Assembly (NCBI GenBank): GCA_040182905.1
Contig: JARQWU010000089.1
Location: forward strand, 1 to 35,706
Origin: Barthelona sp. PAP020
Lineage: Eukaryota
DNA: 35,706 nt
Direction: 5' to 3'
The notes under the pieces are model-generated. The model saw only the letters and a program-made list of their open reading frames with translations. It was not told where the DNA came from and did not search any database. This document shows positions 28,221 to 35,706 of this stretch, one piece after another. Positions within the stretch are counted from its first letter, which is position 1; each line of letters opens with the position of its first letter. Position numbers and translations under genes: made by a program.

Positions 28221-31200
28221 ATGGATGACGTTCTCAAACCTGTGAATACTGTTCGCGACAAGTGGAAAATTTTACCTTCCTTTTTTGAACAGCAGGGAGT
28301 TGCAAGACAACATATTGAATCCTTTAACCATTTTGTTAATAATGAAATTAAGAACATAGTTGCTGCTAATAATAGAATTACATCAGAAAACTCTCCAACA
28401 TGGTTCTTTGAATACACGAATGTTTATATATCTCAACCTTCAGTTAGAATTGATGATCGGGAAGCCAGCGTGACACCACATGAATGTAGAACTCGTGATA
28501 TTACTTATTCTGCACCTATTTTAGTTGATATTATTTACAAAATTGGAAAAGAAACCGTTAAAAGAAGTGGTGTTTGTATTGGGAGACTACCAATGATGTT
28601 GAGGTCTTGTAATTGTATACTGAATGGAAAGAGCTCTTCTGAGCTTGCTGAATTGAAAGAATGTTCTCTTGACCCTGGTGGATATTTTGTTGTTAAAGGT
28701 GTTGAAAAGGTTATTTTAATTAAAGAACAACTTTCCAAGAATAGAATTATTGTTGAAAAGGACAATAAAGGGTTTTTATGTGCAACTGTAACTTCTGCTT
28801 CTTATGATTGGAAGACTAGGACAAATGTTATTTATAAAGACAGAAGGCTGTATCTTCAACATAATTCTTTCACCCAAGAAATTCCATTGATGATTGTTTT
28901 CAAGGCTATGGGTGTTGAGAGTGATCAAGAAGTTGTTCAATTGGTTTGTGGTCCCAATGAAGCTTTAATGGAACGTTTATCCAGCACTGTTTATGAAACA
29001 TCTGCATACGAAATAAGATCACAAGAAGAAGCCCTCAATTATATTGGAAAATTATTGAAAAGCACGACACGTATTGGTGCAGCAAGAGAAAATCGAATTG
29101 AAGAGGGTCGTGAAATTTTGGCATCAGTAATATACTCCCATGTTCCTACCAAAGATTTTCACATGCGTCCAAAAATTTTATTTCTATCTGTTGTTGTTCG
29201 ACGATTGCTACAAGCTGTCACTGACCCGTCATTTATGGATGATAAAGATTATTATGGGAATAAAAGGTTGGAACTATCAGGACAATTAATTTCTTTGTTA
29301 TTTGAGGACTTGTTTAAAAAACTTAACAGTGACATAAGAAAATCTGCTGATAGCTCTTTGGCCAAAGCTTCTAAAGTTAATGAATTTGATGCTGCGAAAC
29401 ATATTAGACAAGATTCAATTACTAATGGAATGATTCATGCTATTTCTTCAGGAAATTGGCATCTTCGTCGTTTCAATATGGATGAAGCTGGTGTCAGTGC
29501 CCCATTGTCTAGGCTTTCCTTCATTGCGGCATTGGGACACATGACCAGAATTTCTTCTCATTTTGAAAAGACCAGAAAAGTTGCCGGTCCTCGTTCATTG
29601 CAGCCTTCTCAATGGGGAGCTGTTTGTATTGCTGATACACCAGAAGGTGAATCATGTGGGCTTGTTAAAAACTTGGCATTGATGACCCATGTTACTTCGG
29701 ATTGTGCACAAGCCCCAATAACCCAAATTTTGTATAACCTTGGTGTTGAGGATATTGAATTATTGGGTGGTGAAGCAATTCATGAACATTTTTTAATTAT
29801 TATGGATGGAAGAATTGTTGGTGTACACAGAAATCCTTTGCAATTGGTTCAGATGTTTAGAAATCTTCGTCGTAGAGGTAAAATTCCAAAAATGGTTTCT
29901 ATTTTTATCAATGACCGACATAGAACTGTTTACGTTTCAACTGAAGGAGGCCGAGTTTGTAGACCATTAATTGTTGTCAAGAATGGAAAATCTCTTCTGA
30001 CATCAAATCATGTTATTGAGGTAAGTGAAGGGTTAAGATCTTTTCACGATCTTGTTAATGATGGTATTATTGAATTTGTTGATGTGAATGAAGAAAATGA
30101 TTGCTTGATTTCAATTAGAGGAGATGATTTGACAAATCATCATACTCATGTTGAAATAGATCCTTTTACTATTCTTGGGGTTTGTGCTTCATTAATTCCT
30201 TATCCTCACCATAATCAATCGCCTCGTAACACCTACCAATGTGCAATGGGAAAACAGGCAATGGGTGTCATTGCATTGAATCAATTTTTAAGATTTGATA
30301 CAGTTTTATATTTGTTGTGTTATCCTCAAAAACCTCTTTGCAAGAGCAAACAAATTGAATTGATTGGTTTTGAACAACTTCCTGCTGGTCAAAATGCTAT
30401 GGTTGCTGTAATGTCTTATTCTGGATACGATATTGAAGATGCTTTGGTTCTTAATCGTGGTTCTGTTGATCGTGGTTATGGAAGATGTATGGTTCTCAGA
30501 AATGCAACAGCCGAAATCAAAAAATATCCAAATGGTGCATGTGATAAATTAATTGGACCTCCAGTTGATAAAACCGCACCTGGTGCAGAAGTGTACAGAG
30601 CAATAGATCTTGATGGAATTGCTGGACCAGGTGAATTATTAAGACCGGGTGATGTTTATTTTAACAAACAAGTTCCATCTCAGTCAAATCTTAATCAACA
30701 CGTCATTGCTTCTGTTGGAGATAGTAACGGTGGGCAATATAAACCCATGCCCCAAAGATTTACAGGTTCTGTTCCAGTTTCTATTGATAGTGTTTGTCTT
30801 ACTAGCAATACTAACGAGCATTTTTTTGTGAAGTTTAGATTCAGACATGTTAGAAGACCTGAGTTGGGAGACAAATTTTCTTCAAGACATGGACAAAAGG
30901 GTGTCACTGGTATCATTGTGGACCCAGAAAATATGCCATTCAATCAATTTGGAGTTATACCTGATGTTATCATGAATCCTCATGGTTTCCCTTCACGTAT
31001 GACAGTTGGTAAATTATTGGAATTGTTGGCCGGAAAAAGCGCTATTGCAGATGGCAATCTTCGTTATGGTACTTGTTTTGGTGGCACTCCAATTGAAAAT
31101 CTTACCACTACAATGATTGAGGCAGGTTACAACTATGTTGGAAAAGAATATTTGACTTCTGGAGAGACTGGTGAAGGCTTAGAATGTTACATATATTTTG

Positions 31201-31583
31201 GACCTGTTTATTATCAAAAATTAAAGCATATGGTTTTGGATAAAATGCACGCTCGTGCTAGAGGGCAAATTAGTTCAATCACAAGACAACCAACAGAAGG
31301 AAGATCTCGTAATGGTGGTCTTCGTGTTGGTGAAATGGAAAGAGATTGTTTGGTTGGTTATGGAGCATCAAATCTTCTTCGAGAAAGATTGATGATATCT
31401 TCTGATGAATTTCATGCCCATGTTTGTTCAAATTGTGGGTTATTGTGTGCTGAAGGTTGGTGTCAAAATTGTAGAGCTGGAAACAATGTGACAACAATGA
31501 CTTTACCGTATGCTGCAAAATTGTTATTCCAGGAATTACAATCAATGAATGTTGTTCCTAAATTGCAGTTGAAACATATGTGA
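28221..31583 (+). CDS. POLR3B: DNA-directed RNA polymerase III second-largest subunit RPC2, 1120 aa
   Basis: KWKILPSF...QHIESFNHF, DDKDYYGNKRLELSGQLISLLFEDLFK (Pol III type), GDKFSSRHGQKG, NPHGFPSRMTVG, YYQKLKHMVLDKMHAR, GGLRVGEMERDC, and a C-terminal zinc ribbon. First ATG at 28221. Confidence 0.97.
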   Translation: MDDVLKPVNTVRDKWKILPSFFEQQGVARQHIESFNHFVNNEIKNIVAANNRITSENSPTWFFEYTNVYISQPSVRIDDREASVTPHECRTRDITYSAPILVDIIYKIGKETVKRSGVCIGRLPMMLRSCNCILNGKSSSELAELKECSLDPGGYFVVKGVEKVILIKEQLSKNRIIVEKDNKGFLCATVTSASYDWKTRTNVIYKDRRLYLQHNSFTQEIPLMIVFKAMGVESDQEVVQLVCGPNEALMERLSSTVYETSAYEIRSQEEALNYIGKLLKSTTRIGAARENRIEEGREILASVIYSHVPTKDFHMRPKILFLSVVVRRLLQAVTDPSFMDDKDYYGNKRLELSGQLISLLFEDLFKKLNSDIRKSADSSLAKASKVNEFDAAKHIRQDSITNGMIHAISSGNWHLRRFNMDEAGVSAPLSRLSFIAALGHMTRISSHFEKTRKVAGPRSLQPSQWGAVCIADTPEGESCGLVKNLALMTHVTSDCAQAPITQILYNLGVEDIELLGGEAIHEHFLIIMDGRIVGVHRNPLQLVQMFRNLRRRGKIPKMVSIFINDRHRTVYVSTEGGRVCRPLIVVKNGKSLLTSNHVIEVSEGLRSFHDLVNDGIIEFVDVNEENDCLISIRGDDLTNHHTHVEIDPFTILGVCASLIPYPHHNQSPRNTYQCAMGKQAMGVIALNQFLRFDTVLYLLCYPQKPLCKSKQIELIGFEQLPAGQNAMVAVMSYSGYDIEDALVLNRGSVDRGYGRCMVLRNATAEIKKYPNGACDKLIGPPVDKTAPGAEVYRAIDLDGIAGPGELLRPGDVYFNKQVPSQSNLNQHVIASVGDSNGGQYKPMPQRFTGSVPVSIDSVCLTSNTNEHFFVKFRFRHVRRPELGDKFSSRHGQKGVTGIIVDPENMPFNQFGVIPDVIMNPHGFPSRMTVGKLLELLAGKSAIADGNLRYGTCFGGTPIENLTTTMIEAGYNYVGKEYLTSGETGEGLECYIYFGPVYYQKLKHMVLDKMHARARGQISSITRQPTEGRSRNGGLRVGEMERDCLVGYGASNLLRERLMISSDEFHAHVCSNCGLLCAEGWCQNCRAGNNVTTMTLPYAAKLLFQELQSMNVVPKLQLKHM

Positions 31584-31728
31584 TTTATCAGTTTTTATTT
31601 TATAAATTTAGTAGTCTTTTTTGGTTTAAAAAAAAGTTTGAAAACAGAATTTATAATCGTAAGGCATCATCGATGACAATTAAATGAAGTCAGTGGACAA
31701 TGTAAGCTGATAAATTGTATATGTACAG

Positions 31729-32253
31729 TTAAAATAATCGTTTTTCAATATTTGACTTCTTCTTGAGATTATTAGAATCAAACGATGCATCCAATAATAA
31801 TCTTGGATCTTCAAGAAGAGTTTTTTGTGGAGAGTCAATAATTTTCAATACTTGTCCATACCGCGTTTGAACAGGAGTCTTTCTGGGTGGAATTCCACGA
31901 TAAATCTCACCATTTTTGGAAAAAGTGTAATTAACATGTGGTGAATTCACAAATTTCCTTTGTTCATCGAAATTATTCCCCTTCATTCGCGATTTTAAAG
32001 GTGTTTTTGCTTCAATAGGCAAGGCAGATTTCTTTTCAAAACTTAATGAATTATCACCATACATTTGACGTGAATTTGTCCCCAATAATTTAACTTGATA
32101 TTCTAATTCATGTAAATTTTTGTTTAATTCCTGAGATATGGCTTGAACATCCTTGGAAAGATTTTCAAATTCTTGTTTTTCAGTTTTTATTTGGTTTAAC
32201 CAATCACCTAATTGACTTTGTCGCATTTTTCTATTTGAATTCTTAGCATGCAT
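31729..32253 (-). CDS. Hypothetical protein with a predicted N-terminal coiled coil, 174 aa
   Basis: ATG-started ORF after a T-run; heptad-like K/E/Q/L-rich N-terminal half; no family recognised. Confidence 0.65.
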   Translation of the reverse strand: MHAKNSNRKMRQSQLGDWLNQIKTEKQEFENLSKDVQAISQELNKNLHELEYQVKLLGTNSRQMYGDNSLSFEKKSALPIEAKTPLKSRMKGNNFDEQRKFVNSPHVNYTFSKNGEIYRGIPPRKTPVQTRYGQVLKIIDSPQKTLLEDPRLLLDASFDSNNLKKKSNIEKRLF

Positions 32254-32418
32254 GTTTTGAAAACAAAAAAAAAGAAAACAAGTTTTATTTCAGGATATCA
32301 GTCAAACGGATAAATTATAAAATCTAGGAAATGAAATCAAAAATCAAATTATTTGTGCAAAATCTTACAATCAATTACACAAAGTCAATTAATTTTTTTT
32401 TTTTTTTGGACACAAACA

Positions 32419-32601
32419 TCACAAATTGGTCTTTTTTTTGATATAAAAATAAAAAAACATTATGTTCAAGAAGAAAAACATACAGTAGACAAATCTCCTT
32501 TCTCTTTTAAATAGCATATAAAAACCTGTTGAATAAGAAAGTTTAATTCTCCAATCATTTAATCGTTCAACAAATTTTTTTGGGTTTGTTTCGTTGTACA
32601 T
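32419..32601 (-). CDS. Probable serine palmitoyltransferase small subunit (ssSPT/SPTSS-like), 60 aa
   Basis: Pattern W-x6-TGFYMLFKRERRFVY followed by a hydrophobic helix, like ssSPT TALYMLEPWERTVF plus transmembrane segment; the size fits. Confidence 0.55.
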   Translation of the reverse strand: MYNETNPKKFVERLNDWRIKLSYSTGFYMLFKRERRFVYCMFFFLNIMFFYFYIKKKTNL

Positions 32602-32798
32602 TACAAATTATACAATGTAGATCTTAATATAAGATTGTATTAATGCTTCGTACATGAAAACATTGTTGTTGTTTTCTTTTGTTTTGGTATTTAAAAACTA
32701 CCACATAATCAACTAATTGTGCAATAATGTTTGTGAAATGTATAAGTTTTTTTTAAAAAAAAAAAATTTTTTTTTTTTTGGGGAAGTTCTTTGATGCA

Positions 32799-34214
32799 AT
32801 GAAGAAACATAGTGACCAAAAATGCAATATCATGAATTTACATTTACCCAGAATACAACTTGGTCAAAAGTCTCAAAATGATTCTAGACAATATGAACTT
32901 GATCGATTATTAAGAGTATTTCTTTCATTTCAAAGAAAAAGATTCAGTATAAAAAGTTTTCTCTTGAAATGTCGTGCGTATAGATTCGATACCACTTATT
33001 TGAACAAGATTTTTTTGAGTATTCCTGATATTTGCAATGAATTGTTAGATGACGATATTATTGAATGTGTTAGTGAGATTTCAAAAACATATCCAAAAGG
33101 AATGGATTTTTCACAGTATAAACAATTGTACTATGCTATTGCAAAATCTCTAAATGCATTTTATCAATTGGATACAAACACTTTTTTTACCGTTTTGGAA
33201 GATGACTTTAACATGGAAAGCTTTTCTGGGATTGTTTTGCCTGACGTTATAAGTGCAGGTATTTTAAATATTATCGCTATTTGGTGTCCCATTCAGAGAC
33301 ATGACGCATATTTTGAATTATTAAAAGCAATTAAAGATAACATTCTTTTTGATGGTAGATTAGTTTCTCATGAAGACATTTTTCCCATTTCAATTGTTCC
33401 TTTTTTGGTATCTTCTTTGCCAATATTTCATTCGAACTCTTTATTCAAGTCAGTTTTACCAACATATGAATTATTTATGGAAATATATAATGCTTTGAAT
33501 GAAAGTATTCATTCTGAGATAAAAGCCACCCAAAATATTTTCAATTTTCAAGAAAGCCCAATTTTATTTCGATATATTTGCAATGAAACATTTCGGCATG
33601 TTGGAAATCTTCACAAGGGAAACATTGGAAATCGTACTGTTTTAAAATTAGAAAGACTATCAAATGTCATTTCTTATTTGCCATATAGAGTAGCACGTGA
33701 TTTTCACATTCAACTATTTTCTCTGTTGTCCAAAATTTCCCGAAATTCTTTTCAAGAATTCTCTCTTTATTTTGATGATTTTTTTTCAAAATGGATTATT
33801 TTAGAAGATAAAGATCGATATTTTATTGATTCTGAACACTCTCCAAGTGTTTTGAAAAAAATAACTTCACTCAGTAGTTTATCATCAGAAAAGTCTTCAT
33901 CAAAACAATTTTTAGATTTTTCATCCTTTTCAGATTCTGAAATTCTTGACGATGAAAGAATTCCACCTCCTTTTCCTGTTCTATCACCAAAATTAACTCG
34001 GAATCATTCGTTTTCTGGCGTTCAATCTGCCCGTGAACATGGAAATTCTTCAGTTTTTCATCGGGATTCTCCTAAAACTAGATCCAAATCTACTTTTGTC
34101 AATTGTGTGAGTTTTAAATCACCTCAATTGCATTTGACACACAAAGCTTCAATCAAGAATTTTGCATTTTCAGGTTCATCACTTGATGATCCTGAACCAA
34201 GTGAACCACTTTAA
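32799..34214 (+). CDS. Hypothetical protein, 471 aa, with a Ser-rich disordered C-terminal tail
   Basis: Long ORF in AT-rich DNA; first ATG at 32799 (the track start is a TTG in a poly-T run); no family recognised. Confidence 0.75.
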   Translation: MKKHSDQKCNIMNLHLPRIQLGQKSQNDSRQYELDRLLRVFLSFQRKRFSIKSFLLKCRAYRFDTTYLNKIFLSIPDICNELLDDDIIECVSEISKTYPKGMDFSQYKQLYYAIAKSLNAFYQLDTNTFFTVLEDDFNMESFSGIVLPDVISAGILNIIAIWCPIQRHDAYFELLKAIKDNILFDGRLVSHEDIFPISIVPFLVSSLPIFHSNSLFKSVLPTYELFMEIYNALNESIHSEIKATQNIFNFQESPILFRYICNETFRHVGNLHKGNIGNRTVLKLERLSNVISYLPYRVARDFHIQLFSLLSKISRNSFQEFSLYFDDFFSKWIILEDKDRYFIDSEHSPSVLKKITSLSSLSSEKSSSKQFLDFSSFSDSEILDDERIPPPFPVLSPKLTRNHSFSGVQSAREHGNSSVFHRDSPKTRSKSTFVNCVSFKSPQLHLTHKASIKNFAFSGSSLDDPEPSEPL

Positions 34215-34324
34215 GTTTGTTTGTTTTTGTATTTCTCCTTTAAAACAAAATGTACTTTGTAAACATTGTATTTTATTTTTTTTTTTTAAAAAAACAAGAA
34301 AAGATAGACTATCGTTTATAAAGA

Positions 34325-35116
34325 CTAAAATTGAATAGAATTAACACCTGAAGGAGAAACCTGAAGATCAAGAGATACTTCTAAACGTAAAATTTGTTCA
34401 ACCACACCATTCAATTGAAATAAAGATTGCTGCAACTCAATTCCTGAAGGTTTATCATCTAGTTTTAAATTTTTTAAAATTACAGAACCACCTAATCGAG
34501 AAGAAGTGATACAAGCTGCAATTCGATCAGACATTGAATCACCTATACAAACGAACTCAACATCAAAGGATCTTTCATTTTTATTATTTGGAAAAGCTAA
34601 TACATGCGATTCTTTTGCATTTCGACTCATGCTTTCGCTGTACAAATGGTAATAAGGAGAATCATACAAAGGAATCAAATCCTGACCAATCGTTTCACAG
34701 CATTCTTCAAACGCAAAACACTTCCATAACACAGGATCATTGGGGTAATCTTTCTGATACTTCGATCGGGCAAAAACTATTGGAATATTTTTTGTTTCAA
34801 TGAAATATGATGTTCGATGTAAAAATGTTTTTAAAACGTTTTCAATCCATTTTTGCTTTCCATTACTTACAATAAATATCTCAAAACCATTCATAAAAAA
34901 AGTTTGCAAAATTTTGCACGCTACTCTGTCAATATACTTAACAAATGACTTCTTTGCAAAGGATGATGAGGAGTTTTTTGAAAAATAAGAGGAAGGAAAC
35001 AAAGTGTCATCAAAATCAAGAATTAAAAGTCTTGCTTTTTCCGTGCGTCTCAAATAACCTCTTTTGGATGTTGAATCACATGAAGAAATCACACTTATCC
35101 CATTAGAATGTAACAT
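34325..35116 (-). CDS. HAD-superfamily hydrolase-like protein, ~263 aa
   Basis: Motif I LILDFDDTLF, motif II IVSNG, motif III Lys (WK), motif IV IGDSMSD. First ATG at 35116. Confidence 0.75.
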   Translation of the reverse strand: MLHSNGISVISSCDSTSKRGYLRRTEKARLLILDFDDTLFPSSYFSKNSSSSFAKKSFVKYIDRVACKILQTFFMNGFEIFIVSNGKQKWIENVLKTFLHRTSYFIETKNIPIVFARSKYQKDYPNDPVLWKCFAFEECCETIGQDLIPLYDSPYYHLYSESMSRNAKESHVLAFPNNKNERSFDVEFVCIGDSMSDRIAACITSSRLGGSVILKNLKLDDKPSGIELQQSLFQLNGVVEQILRLEVSLDLQVSPSGVNSIQF

Positions 35117-35448
35117 GGACGTAAAAAACAATAAATGAATTTTAAATATATTTAACCAGCATGTGGTGGAGATAAACAACTTCAAATTTCATTTTTTTTA
35201 GCTTGATTATGTTTATAAGATGTCATTTTCATTTATAAAGTAATAATATTCAATATTAAATCTGTAAAAAAAAGTTGATGCTTGATGCAAAATGGGTTTT
35301 TGGCCTTTTTTTCTTTTGTATTTGTAAATCAGGTCAATTTTTGAGTACATGATTCCGTAATTTTTGATTAATAATAAATACATGGTTCTTCAGGTGCTGA
35401 AAATAAAAATAGAAATGTTTTACAAAATTATCATCAAAACTAATCAAA

Positions 35449-35706
35449 CTAGTGTTTAGAACGTATTTTTTGATACTTTGATGCAGCTTTTTGGGCTGTG
35501 GCCATTTTTTGAAGAAGTTCTTCGTGAAGAATCATTTTTTCAAATCTTTCCATTCTTTGTTGTCTGAAAAAGGAAGTTAACAAAGCTGATTCACCGCGTG
35601 ATGTACCTTTTAGATTCTTTTCCATGGAAACAAGCTGTTCATAACACATTCTTGCCATTTTTACTTGCTTTTCCTCCAAAAAAACGTTAATATCATTCCA
35701 ATCTGG
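35449..35706 (-). CDS. 3' end of a hypothetical protein running in from beyond the window edge
   Basis: The frame is open to base 35706 (PDWNDINVFLEEKQVKMAR...SKH*); helical and charged composition. Confidence 0.6.
   Translation of the reverse strand, partial: PDWNDINVFLEEKQVKMARMCYEQLVSMEKNLKGTSRGESALLTSFFRQQRMERFEKMILHEELLQKMATAQKAASKYQKIRSKH

Noticed and set aside
31665..31715. Possible C/D snoRNA (CGATGA ... CTGA)
   Set aside because: Imperfect C box, only ~40 nt between boxes, and no rRNA guide recognised.
1..35706. CRISPR arrays, tRNA or rRNA genes, transposase or viral genes, operon-like functional clustering
   Set aside because: None seen; the genes are functionally unrelated eukaryotic housekeeping genes.

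Overview
AT-rich, very gene-dense eukaryotic (protist-like) nuclear DNA read with the standard code (TAA, TAG and TGA all end genes). Recognisable genes, left to right: an intronless TRRAP/Tra1 PIKK pseudokinase (~4175 aa), an RCC1+BTB protein, DPM1, a Q/P/N-rich low-complexity protein, RRP12, a LIN54/tesmin CXC protein, calcineurin B, a GSK3/shaggy kinase, importin beta, RNA polymerase III subunit RPC2, a probable serine palmitoyltransferase small subunit, a HAD-like protein, and several hypothetical ORFs. Five 35-42 nt spliceosomal introns missed by the ORF track can be reconstructed (GTATT/GTATG ... CTAAY ... TAG, branch point 7-12 nt from the 3' end, one per gene, all near the 5' end). One of them is an in-frame, stop-free 42-nt intron inside a CXC domain. 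Three head-to-head gene pairs are separated by only 42, 42 and 55 bp that share an A-rich/ACTTT/T-rich layout. The first ~345 nt are non-coding, richer in GC, and can fold into a long terminal helix with G-U pairs plus internal hairpins and a possible pseudoknot: a candidate unannotated ncRNA or a decayed MITE. The source lineage cannot be determined from the sequence alone.
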